Shown: positions 31,353 through 47,364, counted from the first letter of the stretch. The stretch: DNA of 64,000 nucleotides from Flaccisagitta enflata (GCA_965153355.1 OZ231126.1:45756001-45820000); one strand, 5' to 3'. The notes: generated by a model from the letters alone, not told the origin. A program made the numbers and translations.

Positions 31353-31780
31353 TTTCTAATCTGATAACCCAAAACTAAAAGATAAACTTCACTCTAGTAT
31401 GGATGGGGGGGATTGCTAAGGGGGGGGGGGGTAATGGGGGTGTGCTAAGGGGGGGTAGGGGGGTAGGGGGGGCCCGGCCAAAGAGGCTAGAGGGGGGGCC
31501 CGCCATTTCTCTCGCCGGCCCTGGGTTGGTTAGGTGGTGGGTGACGAATGCCGGCGCTTACACGCAGGGCCTTTGGAGTGATACGGGTGTTGTGGTCGGC
31601 CAGCTAATTGATCACAATCCTTGGCTGAATTTTAAATGGATTATTATTTGCATGTTGAGCCTCGAGACATCCGGCAATATCCAGTTCTTTTTTCCCCTTC
31701 TTATCGATTTCCACCGCCTTCGTCACGATCACTTTCACTTTCTATCTGTTGGTTTCTACATTTTGTCTGTCCGTCTATTT

Positions 31781-31987
<207 letters not shown>

Positions 31988-32429
31988 GCTTGTTGTTTTT
32001 TCTCCTGCCTTCACCACTCTCTTACCTGAAAACCTGAAATTGGTTGCCCTTCTTTGGCCATCTGTCGTCATGTTTTGATCCGGATGAAAATTCTGTTGTT
32101 CATTTTTTTTTCTATTTGCTCTGAACAAAATCGATTGCTCGTGCTCAGCTCTCTCTCTTTTTTTCTCTGTCTCCCTTTCCTATTCACCCTTCCTCACAAT
32201 GTTCACCAAAATTTTGTTTACTATAAAAGTTAAAGCAATTTCTGTTATATTTTTGGTTAACATTAATTTAACTCGTCAGCCTTCTTTTTTATAAACACCA
32301 TCTTATTCTCCACTTTTTTTTTTAATTCACGAAATTGTTAAATTGTAAAAAAAAAGGTTGTTAAAGAGAAAATAAAAGAGTTGAATTAAAAAGGCAAAGC
32401 AAAGTAAAACACAAAGATGGAGGCGAAGA

Positions 32430-33206
32430 AACAAGTCATCCAAGGATCGCACATGGTCAGCGGTACCCGATGCCCTGCTTGGAGTGATTAACTGAAGAAG
32501 TGGAGTGAGAGCAGGGCAGCGGCCCTAAAGGGCCGATGTCCGGTAGGACACAGGGGTGAATTTCCATACGTCCTGAGAGGGCATATTTGGGGTAATTTTC
32601 CGTGATATTCATTGGGAATTTTGCATTTTTTTCAATTTCTTTTCAATTTGCCATGTTATTCAATGGGAATTTGAGGCCTAAGAGGCTGGATTTGAGGCCC
32701 AAGAGGCTGGATTTGAGGCCCAAGAGGCTGGATTTGAGGCTTGAGAGGTGGGATTTGACGCCTGTGAGACTGGATTTGAGGCCTGAAAGGCTGGATTTGA
32801 GGCTTGAGAGGCCAGATTTGAGGCCTGAGAGGCCAGATTTGAGGCCTGAGAGGCTGGATTTGAGGCCTGACAGGCTGGATTTGAGGCCTGAGAGGCCAGA
32901 TTTGAGGCCTGAGAGGCCAGATTTGAGGCCTGAGAGGCTGGATTTGAGGCCTGAGAGGCTGGGTTTGAGGCCTGAAAGGCTAGATTTGAGGCCTGAGAGG
33001 CCAGATTTGAGGCCTGAGAGGCCAGATTTGAGGCCTGAGAGGCCGGATTTGAGGCCTGAGAGGCTGAATTTGAGGCCTGAGAGGCTTGAGAAGCTTCGGA
33101 GGGGGGGACGTACGGACGGACGTACGTACGTACGTACGGACGGACGTAAGGAAATTCACTCCTGTGTCCTACAGGACATCGGCCCTTTGGGGCCGCTGCC
33201 GAAAAA
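32430..33206 (-). mobile_element. Large Helentron-associated (DINE-1/HINE-like) non-autonomous element with 21-bp minisatellite
   Basis: A 59-bp inverted repeat (32515-32573 vs 33142-33200, 4 mismatches) has one arm terminal next to an A/T run and the other ~85 bp subterminal. A (GGAC/GTAC)n microsatellite lies at ~33106-33146. The terminal tail AAGTCATCCAAGGATCGCACATGGTCAGCGGTACCCGATGCCCTGCTTGGAGTGAT is nearly identical to the copy at 56438. No TSD. Confidence 0.8.
32668..33090 (+). repeat. 21-bp minisatellite GATTTGAGGCCTGAGAGGC(TG/CA), ~20 copies
   Basis: Read directly. It produces the spurious (LRPERLD)n and (ASQASNP)n ORFs. Confidence 0.95.
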
Positions 33207-33532
33207 GGAAAGAAAAGGGAGGAAAGGAGGATGGAATTGAATTCCATTCTTTTCAACACCTTTCTTCCACTTCCCTTGGTTTTGATGCAAATTTGAACAG
33301 GTTCCCTTTTCCATTAGTTGGCACCGCAGAGGAAACCGATCCAACCAGCACACGATCTCTCCATTTCTACTTTCTAACTGCTCTCTTTGCTTTTTATTTT
33401 TTATTTTTTCACGATTTTTTTTTTCTTCTTTTTCTTTCTTTTTTTCCTTCTTTCTTTCTGCTTTTCTTTCACTCTTGTTTTTTTTTGCTTACTGTCTTTT
33501 TGATTGTTTCGTTTTTTCTTTTGCTCTTTTTT

Positions 33533-33588
<56 letters not shown>

Positions 33589-33777
33589 TCCTTCTTTCTT
33601 TCTTTCTCTCTTTCTTTCTTTCTCTCTTTCTTCCTTCCTTTCTTTCTATCCTATAGCCTGTCTATTCTTTGCTTGTCTGACTGACCTGTCGACCTGCGTT
33701 TAATCTTCGACCTGCATTTCATTTTCTGTCCCGCTGGTCTCTCAACTCCTGCCCTTCTTCTTCTGCTGGACCCGCAC

Positions 33778-33988
<211 letters not shown>

Positions 33989-34272
33989 ATTTTTCTACGT
34001 TTTATGCGCTCCTTTTCTAGTTTTGAGCCTCCCAACATTACTCTATTTCTGTGAGTTGCTACTGGTTGTCAAAATTCTCCATTTTTACCTTAGGCTTCTT
34101 TTTTCTGTTGAAGCGCCCTCCGTTCAATAATAAAACGATAACTCCGTGAATAAAACAAGAATATAAACGTCATTGACAGAAAAAGGAAAACATAAAAGCC
34201 CCGGCACAAAAATGAAGGTAGTTCCTGTCAAACCGTTTAGACGTGGGGGAGAACTAAAAAGAAAGAGAGAGA

Positions 34273-34323
<51 letters not shown>

Positions 34324-34528
34324 TCAACCGGTTGTCAACTTGACATTGACGTTTGATTGACCAAATTTTGGTCATTTCATTCAATTCTTTCTCAAACTTT
34401 TTTTTCGGTTTTCATTGTCAAGATTGCTTTTTCTGTGGTGACATTGCTGGGCTTTTGTGGAAGATTGCCTTTTCATAGTTGGTAGTGCCACTGTCCTTAG
34501 TTTTCCTTCTGTTTTTCACAAAATTCTC

Positions 34529-34724
34529 TTTTTAGTCGCGTGCACGCGACTCTACAACCCGCTTTGTCCGTCCGTCGGTCGGTCGGTTGGTCGGTCACAC
34601 TTTACTTTTTTCTATAATTTTATTGTTTTGACCTCACTGCTCCTGCCCAAATGATCTGGTGACCTCAAATGTGGCCCCTGCCCACCCGCACGCGACCTCG
34701 GTAGCCGTGTATCCGGCCTTGTTT
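34529..34724 (+). mobile_element. Short DINE-1/HINE-like element (AGTCGCGTGC subfamily)
   Basis: TTTTTAGTCGCGTGCACGCGACTCTAC, GTCG repeats, ACTGCTCCTGCCCAAATG, GCACGCGACC and GCCGTGTATCCGGCCTTGTTT. Confidence 0.82.
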
Positions 34725-35120
34725 CTTCAAAATGTTCTGTTTTCCGCGTTTTGTTTTGTTTTTTCTTTTTGTTTTTATCAAAACGGCTGATTTTCTTCCA
34801 TGACTCTACTTTTCCACACATCGCATTTGCCTCTTGTACGTGCCTTATCATTGTGAGTTACTGACACGCATTTATGGGTGAGAGGTTTTTTTTTCTTTTT
34901 TACTTCTTTTTTTTTCGAATTTATTTGTTTCTTCTTTGGTTTGGGTTAACCCTGATGAAGAAATTCGGCTGTTTGATCCAAGGATTTGCGCTTGATTTCC
35001 CCTCGACTTGTAATCCCCTGCCAATCTCACCATGGCCCATGCTCAAGGTATATTGCTTAACCATTTCTCAACCGTTTCTACATATCCAGAAATAATAAAC
35101 TCAAACTCACATATTTATTT

Positions 35121-36620
<1,500 letters not shown>

Positions 36621-36763
36621 CTCTCTCTCTCTCTCTCTGCTTCTATTCTCTCACATTCCTCCTCTCGTGTTTCGCTAAAGAGATCTTTTGTTCATCCCTT
36701 TCTTCATTTCCGCCGTGAACCCCCTCTCTCCCCCCCCCCCGATTTCCGCGGGCTGTGCATGAT

Positions 36764-36808
<45 letters not shown>

Positions 36809-37242
36809 GGAGAAAGTTCAATTTCTGAGAATCTGAAAATCTAATTTGAACAAAGAAATACATTTAATGCACATTGCCATGCGCAATATGTGGAGTAACG
36901 GCGAGATATGGAATTGCACGTTACGCACCCGAGCTTGCTTATTTGAATGTGCACATTTTGGAGATTTGTCCATGGTGTTCACCATTCATCGCAGAGAGAA
37001 AATTTTCGACAAAGCTCAGGTGACTCAATCCTGAAAAAAAAAGATTCGAATTAGAAATTCAAAATTTACATGAATCTTTTGACAAGCATTTTTGCTTCCA
37101 CTCTTCTTATTGGTGGGAAAAGTCGCTGAGTGAATAATGGAGAGGCATTGTCATTGGCCTATTCCATCCCATTGCCTTGATGGCAACGTCATTGTTGAAA
37201 AATAAACAGAGAAAAAGAGATGATGATTGCGATCATGAGTTG

Positions 37243-37347
<105 letters not shown>

Positions 37348-37641
37348 ACGAGACAATGGCAGACAATCATAGTAAGAGGCAGAGAAAGAAAGGAAATAGA
37401 AGATAGACACACAGACACAATCACAGACAGAAGGACAGAGACCTGTAGTGACTGATAGACAGACAGAGACAGAAATACGTTGACACAAATGCCCAAAATG
37501 CAAATGACAAATGACATTTTATATCGCGTTGTTTTCATCACGAAGTCTACAAGTATCAAATGTTACATTTCCACGTTTAAGTTGAATTGAAAAAGTGAAT
37601 CATCAAATGATGAGATGAATGAGGAGGAAGGGGAACTACAA

Positions 37642-37700
37642 GAGGAGGAGGAGGAGGAGGAGGAGGAGGAGGAGGAGGAGGAGGAGGAGGAGGAGGAGGA
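37642..37700 (+). repeat. (GAG)n microsatellite
   Basis: Read directly. Confidence 0.97.
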
Positions 37701-38961
37701 TTGGCGGTCGGTCGCGCGACGGTGTGGTTAGGGAACCACAGGGGACAAAATCGAGAGAAATAAGGTAGCAGATTTCATCACGGTGTCCCGCGGGTAGAGT
37801 CACACTGTGCCTTCCTCTTCTTCGTTCCCACTTTATCTGCGGGTCTTCTTCTTCCTCTTCATCATCTTCTTCCACCTCCTCTTCTTTCTCCTCTTCTTCT
37901 TCCTCCTCATCTCAATCTGTCGCCTACCTGCCGTGTTTTCCCTTTTCTACCTTTCCAACGTGAAAGAAAGAGAGTGGAATTGCTTAATAACGTCGAGACA
38001 AGGCAAAAAAAGTTTCCAATTGGCCAATCAGAGGTCACGGATGGAACCTCACTTCCACCAATCCTCGCGCTGAATCAGTGGCAACGCGAAGTTTTTCGTG
38101 CGATACTTGTGTAATTCTTTCTCTCGTTGTTTTTCCTTTCTTTTTGTCTCGCTGTCAGCATGAACCGGCACTTACCTTTGTGACTTACCGCCGCTCTTCT
38201 CTTCCGCGCCAGCACTTTCCTCTTATTTCTCTCACTTTCTTACTTCCTCCTCTTCTTCTTCCTCTTTCTCCACCTCCTCTTTATTCCACTGCCAAATGTT
38301 GCCGTAATTCCCAAATTGTTCTGCAATGACGACGGTAATGACGTTGACGGCAATAACAGTGATGATTACGGCGTAAGGCCGTAAAGGAGGGAATGAGAGA
38401 GAGAGAGAAAGAGAGGGTTAAAGGGTTCAAGAGTGACCTCCGGTCAAAGCGAGAGAGAGAGGGAAAAGGAGGGAGGAAAAAAGAAAGAGAGTTGTGTTTT
38501 TGGCGTTTAATGGAAGATTGGTCAAGCATTGCTTAACCGATGATGTTGTTGTTGTTGTTGGTCATTCATGGGAATCGAGGTGACATTTGGTCAGTATTCG
38601 AGAAATTGTAAAACTGCTTCCGATGACGATTTTGTCACGTGCGGTTCACAGGAAACACAAAGTGAGAAAAAATAAAGGGACAGACTCGAACAAGGAACAA
38701 GGAATAAGGAAGGAAGAAAGAAAGAAAGGAAAAAAGAATGAATAAAAAAGAGAGACAAATTTTTAAAAAGGTTGAATGAAAAAGATAAAGAAAAAAAAAA
38801 TAGAGGAAGAAGAAAAATAATGGGGAAATAGTGAAAACGAATGAGATAAATAGAAACAAACAAGAGATGAAAAAAAGGTTGTGTGTGGAAATGAAGTTGT
38901 TTTCCCCTCATCGCCCTTTCATACCTGAACCTGACATATTTGTTGATAAGAGAGAATGGAA

Positions 38962-39017
<56 letters not shown>

Positions 39018-39562
39018 GGTTAGCGATGGGGAGGGGATAGGGTTCTACAAACGGCTCTTCACCGTTTGTTGTTGTTCCACCTTCGCCAAAATTTGACAAT
39101 GTTTTGCTGCCGCTTCCGCGTCGCTCACTGCCACCGCTACCGCTGCCGCTGCCGCTACGCCGCCACCGCCGCCACCGCTGCCACCGCCACCGCTGCCGCC
39201 ACCGCTAAGAGCCCGGAGCCTGGTTACGGCAGAAAGGTGAGAGAGGGGACATAGAAAAAGGAGTACGGATGGCAAGAAGGGTAACGTGATTATTTCAAAT
39301 AGAATTCAAAGATGAGTGACTGGAGGGAGGTAGGGTGGGGTGGTGATGGGTAGCTGAGAGTCAACATGCCGAAGCTCTCGGCTCTTTGTTATGATCAAGG
39401 TATTTCTCCGTTTTGTCGGTAATACATTTGGTTTTTTGATGAGGTGTTGTTGCGAAACCCTGAATTACTTTTTCTAACTTTCTCTTTTTTGTGAATTCCA
39501 TTTCATTCTACGTTGCACGCTGCGTATCGCGGAGTGCGGTTCGACTTCACGCCGCGAATCGC

Positions 39563-39660
<98 letters not shown>

Positions 39661-40395
39661 TAGTTTTCTCTATATTTGTATTCACATCGCGGTGGCTGTT
39701 TCCTCCCCCCTCAACAGAAATCCCCTGGACTTTACGATCAGTTTCCGAATTTTAATCCATTAAGGAGTCGAGAATCTATTATCACCTGAAAGTTTTGGCA
39801 CTTCAGCCCCGATGGAACCATATTTCTATTTCTTTTTCTCTTTTTTTCTTTTTTTTTTTTTTATCTCTTTACTTTCTTTTTCTCCTTACTTCGGAATGGG
39901 TTTTTTCTCCACACTTTTTCTCTCACTTGCCTCTTCTCTTCTCTCCTTCCCACAGGACGTGTCATCCGATAACAATCTTTCCAACCACTGTTGCCACTTA
40001 CGCAATCTAAAACACAAATTTAGTTATTTTTCTCTTGATTCCTCTTTACCACCCCATCCCCAACGCCCCCCTCTCTTCTCTCCCCCATCCCTCCAAATGC
40101 ACTTTCAATAACTCGGTTTTTGTGGAATCTAACCCGTTCTACCTAACTTACCTTCTGCATCCTCCTCGTTATCACATTTCATCTCATAACTCCACATTCT
40201 CTACCCGCTCTTTTCCTTTCTGCCTTCTAGCCTCCTTTTTTTTCTACCACCTTGTCTAAATTCAACAAAATTTACTATTCAGAGCCTTCTGTGCGTCGTC
40301 AAGGCAAACCTTTCCGATATTCGCGCACTTCTTTCCCTCTTTTCTTTTCATTCTTCCTTTTCTGCTTCTTTCTTGCTTTCTTGCTTTCTATCTTG

Positions 40396-40466
<71 letters not shown>

Positions 40467-40494
40467 TCCTTCTTTTATTCTTTCTTTCTTTATT

Positions 40495-40590
<96 letters not shown>

Positions 40591-41159
40591 TCAATCTTTC
40601 TTTTTTTCTCTTTTTTTTTCCATTCCATTTTTCCTTCCTTCTTTTTATTTCACTCTCCTCCTGCCTTCCAAGGATTTCTTTCTTTCTCTTTCCCTCATCA
40701 TGTCTGTTTTACTTTTACCTTTTTTTCTCTTTAGCTGTATTACTTCCTGACTTTCTTTTAACATCTTTTTTCTTTTCTTTTTTTTTTTAAGGTTGAAAAT
40801 ATCCAGTTAGAGAAATCCTCATACCAAGAGTCGAAATGGAAATAGGAAAGAGATAAAATGGCGACGAAGTTAGAATTTTTTATTTCTTTTTCTTTTCTTT
40901 TTTTTTTTTTTTTTCTTTCTTTCTTTAGAAATAGAGACCTGGATTTGTCACGCTCCGACGTCGTGACGGTAAAAAAAGGGAAGACGGCATTTGAATTTTA
41001 TTTTGAGGATTCCCTCTTTCCAGCACTCTCTCTTTTTTTTTATGCTGCTATTCTGTCATGGTCTGTCGGTTTGTCAGTTTCACTGTTTGTGTCATTCGGA
41101 CATTGTGTATGCCTATCTGTCTGTCTGTCTGTCTGTCTATCTTTCTGTCTGTTTGTCTG

Positions 41160-41242
<83 letters not shown>

Positions 41243-41788
41243 ATATTCCGTGGCGTTCTACTATAGCGTATTAAACCGCCAAAAATCGTTTCAAAAATGC
41301 AAAAAAATGGATTATTGTGACAAAAATTATGAATTTTTGTCACAAAAATGCTGGAAAAGGCCGTTTTGAAACGGGCGTTCTTATGCAGTTTCAAAACGAT
41401 CTGATATTGTCGTTTCAAAACCACAAGTATGCGCAAATTTTGAAATGTATATTGAGGCATAGTTGACGTATCAAAACTTTGCAATTCTAAAGTTTTAAAA
41501 CCATGAGATTTTTGCGTTTCAAAACGCTTGAAAAGATTGCTAAAGTAACGGCCAGCAAGGGAAAAAAATCTATTCATCTTTGTAATCTTATCACCTTTTT
41601 TACCGTTTTGAAAACGCAAAAAATTGAAGTATTGTAACTAAGAAAAAATGTGTTTAAAATTGAAATATGGTTATATGCTGACTTTACCCAAACTGCAATA
41701 AATGGAAGAGGGCCCCGTTAGCCCTCTCTGACTGGCTAATATGCACGCCACTCTTGGTTTTCCATAACACTGAAACTGAAAGACATCC

Positions 41789-42280
41789 TTTTGGGCAGCA
41801 GCTCCGAAGGGGTTGATGACCTATGCTTTCACACATGGGGAGTTTTCTCCTCCTCTTTCTTCTTCTCCTTTGTATCCCCCTTCCCCCCAACCTCCAGGCC
41901 CATATCTCAGCCTCAAGGCCCATATCCTAGCGTCGAGGCTTATGTCCCAGCCTCGAGGCCCAAATCCCAGACTTGAGGCCCAAATTCCAACCTCAAGGCC
42001 CAAATCCCTTCAGGCTGGAATTTGGGCCTTGGGGTTGGGATTTGGGCCTCGAGACTGGAATTTGGGCCTCGAGGCTGGGATAAGGGCCTCCAGGCTGAGA
42101 TATGGGCCTAGACTAGAGCTTGGGGGGGGGGGGATGTGGAGGAGGAGGAGAAGGAGTAGGAGGAGGAGGAAAAAATACCCCATATGTGTGAAAGCATAGG
42201 TCATCGACCTCTTCGGGTCCGCTGCCCTGCTCTCTCCCCTGACTACAATCATAACCATCTAATGCTTTTGCGACTATTTT
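41789..42280 (+). mobile_element. Related Helentron-associated element, quasi-palindromic, with an inverted 20-bp minisatellite
   Basis: It starts TTTTGGGCAGCAGCTCCGAAGGGG-TTGATGACCTATGCTTTCACACATGGGG, and its inverted counterpart ends CCGCTGCCC at 42227. The tail TGCTCTC...ACCAT...GACTATTTT resembles the 32430/56438 tails. AGGCCCAAATCCCAGCCTCG units flip orientation at ~42010. Confidence 0.75.
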
Positions 42281-42330
42281 ATATTTGATAATTTCTATGT
42301 GTTTGTGCCAAAAAGCATACTTTTTTTACA

Positions 42331-42451
42331 GTTTTGAAACTGCAAAAAATTGAAGTTTTGAAACTGCAAAAAAATGAAGTTTTGAAACTGCAAAAAAATG
42401 AAGTTTTGAAACTGCAAAAAATTGAAGTTCTAAAACTGCAAGAAATTGAAG
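42331..42451 (+). repeat. 24-bp tandem repeat GTTTTGAAACTGCAAAAAAWTGAA x5
   Basis: Units start at 42331, 42355, 42379, 42403 and 42427. Confidence 0.9.
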
Positions 42452-42783
42452 CTAAGAAACGGCTTTTTCATATTTCATAATTTCATTGCCACTTTTCCCA
42501 GTTCCAAAACGTTAAAAACTAGCTGGCTTGAGGTGAGAAAAAAATGATATTTTAGACATGTTCTCAAAAGCCCTTTCTATGCAGTTTTGATACACCCAAA
42601 AAAAGCCGTATCAAAACGGCAAGTATGCCTGCGTTTTAAAACCCCAGATTACTGCCACTAAAGGACATTGTTGTATGCATAAATGGTTTTTTGGTCGTTC
42701 TGAAACTGCTGCATACTAGAAGTTTTGAGACGTCGTTCCCCTATTTGGGACAAAAACGCAATAAGAACGCCGACGAAATACCT

Positions 42784-42846
<63 letters not shown>

Positions 42847-43574
42847 ACCCCCCACCTCATCACCTCTACCTTTAATGCAAGGCACTTTTTTCTTCGCATT
42901 TTTTTGGTCGTTTTTGTCCTATTTGAAATTTTGTCGCGAAGGAGAAAAAAAATACTATTTATTCCGGTTGCCTGGATTGCTATTTTTTTCCTTCCTGTAG
43001 ATAGAAAAGTTTTTTTTCTTTTTTTCGTTTTGATGCCATCTGCGCATCTAAAGAAGCGCTCTATTGTATCGATTCACCTCTTTTCTCTCTCTCTCGTTTT
43101 TTTTTATTCGCGAATTCACCTCTTAATCCTCCTACTTTCTACTCTCTTCGCTGTGACACCTCCTCCTTGTTGCTGCTCCTCGTACTCCTCTTCCGCCTCC
43201 TCCTCCACCTTCTTGTTCTTCTCCTCTTGCTTCCTTCTCAGACAACCACACCCCCTTGCCTTAACTCTTATTTTTTCTCCTTGTCCTTTCTTTACTTACT
43301 TTTTTCACAGTCAGTTTTTCCTCCTCAATGTTTCATCTTGACTTTCTCCTTCTCCACCTCCTCCTCTTCCTCATCCTCATCCTCTTCCTCATCCTCATCC
43401 TCCTCCACTCCTCCCTCTTGACTTTCTCTTCCTCGAGTGCGTTTGTTTGACTTACCTTAATGGAGGTCCTTTGTTTTGGTAAGGATTTCCCCACCTCTCT
43501 CCCAATCTCTGACTGAATCTTCCCCTTTCTCTTTTCTCCTTTCATCTTTGCACTCGGTCGATCTCTTCTTTTTT

Positions 43575-43577
43575 CCT

Positions 43578-43661
<84 letters not shown>

Positions 43662-43669
43662 TCCTTTTT

Positions 43670-43725
<56 letters not shown>

Positions 43726-43727
43726 TT

Positions 43728-43795
<68 letters not shown>

Positions 43796-43905
43796 TTCTT
43801 TCTTTTTTTTTTTCTTTATTTCTTTCTTTCTTCCCTTTTTTCTTTCTTTCTTTCTTTTCTTTCTTTTTTTTTTTCTTTTTTTTTTTTTTTTTCTTTCTTT
43901 CTTTC
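43575..43905 (+). repeat. (TTTC)n microsatellite (similar tracts at ~2955-3060 on the other strand, 12828-12970, 33530-33645, 40400-40592, 47135-47460)
   Basis: Read directly. Confidence 0.95.
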
Positions 43906-44597
43906 TTCCCTACATCCTTTCTCTCAATTTGTCTGTGCGCCGTTTTCTGCGACGTTATCTTCATTTCAATTGTTGTTTATCGATGTACATTTCTTAATCA
44001 GCAGAAATTATTTCACAGTTATAACTATCGATCCACTTGACATATAATAATCAACGATTACTAATGATGTTTTGTTTTTCATTTTCTCTTCTCTTTTCTT
44101 TCCCTCCAAATCTCACTCATCAATCGTCGAAAATAGGTAAGTAAAATTTCATTTTGATATACTGTTCCTAGTGTAATCATGAACGACTAAGTATGTAAAA
44201 AAAGTGATACTCAGCGTCTTACGAAATTCGTTCTAAGGGTGCCGCTTTTATCATAGATAGGAAAACAAACGTTCTTTCTCTCCCTAAAAATCCTGCTTAC
44301 AATTCTACAGAAGTCGTGAAAAATGCTACCACTAAAAACTCCATTTTCTACGCACGGCTCTGTTACCGTTTTGGCACCACTTCTTTAGCCCCTTGGGTTT
44401 GTGCACTGCGCAGCTGTTTATCATACCTGATTATCCTCGCTTCAAAACCTAGCAACCACATTACCATAAACACTCTCTATCTTTCGTTTTCGCTCGCATC
44501 ATCTTAACCGTCGTTTTGTCAGGAGCGTAGCCCCTACTCACTTTTAACAATCACCTCAAATTCTGGGTTTCCTTCAATGGAATTTCCTTCTACGGGC

Positions 44598-44701
<104 letters not shown>

Positions 44702-44998
44702 GTTTCGTCTTCTTCCATTTCCGATATTTGCTTACCTTTAAACACTCCCACACGTGCCTTAGCGCTTTTTCTCCACGTGCCTCAACGCGGCTTCCCGTAG
44801 GAAAATGAGATTTCTTTTTTTCATTTTCCTCTATTTCTTCTTCTTTCTTTCTTTTTTAACTTTTACTGAAATTAATTCCTTTATTTAATCTTAGTTTTTC
44901 CTCCTTCTTTTTCTTTTCCTTTTTCTTTTTCTTTTTCTTTTTCTTTTTCTTTTTCTTTTTCTTTTTCTTTTTCTTTTTCTTTTTCATTTTCATTTTCT

Positions 44999-45029
<31 letters not shown>

Positions 45030-45518
45030 GTTCTTCTTCTTCTTCTTCTTCTTCTTCTTCTTCTTCTTCTTCTTCTTCTTCTTCTTCTTCTTCTTCTTCT
45101 TCTTCTTCTTTTTATCCTCTCTTTCTTCTTCTTTTTTTCTTCTTCTCTTTCTTACCTTCTTTCTTTCTTCCTTCCTTTCTTTCTTTCTTTCTTTCCTAAT
45201 TTCTTTCCTTCTTTCTTTCTTTTTTTCTTTCTTTCTACCTAATTCCTTATCACTGTTTCTTCCACTTTGTCCTTTTCTTTCCTTCCATTCTCTTCGACAG
45301 ATCCACCTTTAATTTTCCGATAGATAAGAGAACTATTCACATTTGCCCATCTCTGAATTCGTGAGATTCACCAAATACCGCCGCATTTGCTGATTTCGTT
45401 ATCACCACCGCCTTCACCGTCACCTAACATCACCGCATATCATCATTTCCATCACATGATTTAAAGGCAGTTGACATGCACACACACACACACACGGATG
45501 CGCGCACACACGCACATG

Positions 45519-45705
<187 letters not shown>

Positions 45706-46015
45706 GCACAAGAAAAAAGAACGCTCACATGATTACACGCAAACACTTACCATTGACCTCTAGTTACCCCTGGTAAAGATCCTGCTCAACCCTGATCCTT
45801 CCCCTCCCCCTATTATGAGGGTATTCTATGCCTTCCGGGGCTCAGACGACATCTTTCTCCACCTTCTTCCTTTCAGAATTCCGCAATTGGATAGGGAACA
45901 AGGATAAGAAATTGCCACAAACTTTTTTATCCTTTCTTTTTTTGTTCTTTTTTTCTTTTTTATTTCATTTTTTTTTTCTGTCTTCCGGTTTCACCTTCTG
46001 TCACCTAGTTTGTGT

Positions 46016-46065
<50 letters not shown>

Positions 46066-46143
46066 CGTTTTTTTTTTTTTTTTTCATTCAAAAGAATTTA
46101 TACCTTTCACATCTCTTTCTCATTTTCCTGGTTGTCCCTTCTT

Positions 46144-46370
<227 letters not shown>

Positions 46371-46454
46371 CTTCTTATCAAAATATGCGACAATGAAAGA
46401 AATTTGAATGTCTGGCATTAAAAAGAGCAAAACTATTCTCAATTGCGCATGATT

Positions 46455-46542
<88 letters not shown>

Positions 46543-46906
46543 TTAACTCGCACCTTTCCTTCTTCATGGTCTCCCTCATTTTTTTTTAACGGTCCCATAA
46601 TGGAAAAAATTGCTCTAGATTTATGCTCACAGAAAGTGAGAGAAGGGAAAAAAAATAAAAGAGAAATTCCTTTTAAAAAAGCACGTCAAAAAATGAAAAA
46701 AACTAACACGTAAGAATGCCTCTAGATATGAAGGCCCTCCATTGGAAAGGAAGGTTGTTTTTCGTTCATTAGACTTTCTTCTTTCTTTACATTCCTTCTT
46801 AGATTTTTTTTTCTTTTCTTCGCTCACTTGCATTTTTCCCCGCTTTTTCAAATTGCCGACAATTTATCAATTGCGTGTTTGAGAAAGATTTTTAAACATC
46901 AGGGAA

Positions 46907-46944
<38 letters not shown>

Positions 46945-47170
46945 AGATCCGGAAAATTTACAGCTGTGTAAACGGCTATTGAAACTAATAAGTCCAATCA
47001 TGTTTCACTCAATGTCGAGTCACAAATGATTTCATCTTTTTCTTTTTTTTATTCTTTCTTTCTTTCTTCCTTATTAGATTCTGTTTTTCTTTATTTCGTC
47101 CCTTTTTTCATTTCATATTATTTCTCTCTTTCTTTCCTTCTTTCTTTCTTTCTTTCTTTCTCTCTTTCAT

Positions 47171-47246
<76 letters not shown>

Positions 47247-47297
47247 TCCCTCTTTCTTTTTTTTCTCTCTTTTTCTTTCTTTTTTCTTTCTTTCTTC

Positions 47298-47364
<67 letters not shown>

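Larger units (their letters stand above)
30191..31523. mobile_element. Non-autonomous hAT-like element with 8-bp TSD (GGTTGGTT), internal ~140-bp tandem repeats and a nested HINE
   Basis: Termini are CAGGGCGGCAGAG...CTCGCCGGCCCTG (imperfect CAGGG TIR). GGTTGGTT lies at 30183-30190 and 31524-31531. Subterminal regions are GC/G-rich. Confidence 0.85.
41250..42658. mobile_element. Putative degenerate DNA transposon rich in TTTTGAAAC/GTTTCAAAA motifs, hosting the 41789 element
   Basis: Imperfect GTGGC...GCCAC ends. The same motifs (ATGCAGTTT, CAAGTATGC, AAAAAATTGAAG) occur on both sides of the nested insertion. No clear TSD. Confidence 0.4.

Noticed and set aside
32668-33090. CRISPR-like regular repeat
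   Set aside because: The units are contiguous with no unique spacers, there are no cas genes, and the context is eukaryotic.
32602-33259. 212-aa (LRPERLD)n and 193-aa (ASQASNP)n ORFs resembling heptad-repeat proteins
   Set aside because: They are open on both strands only because the 21-bp unit lacks stops in those frames. They lie inside a mobile element, and the sister copy has 20-bp units.
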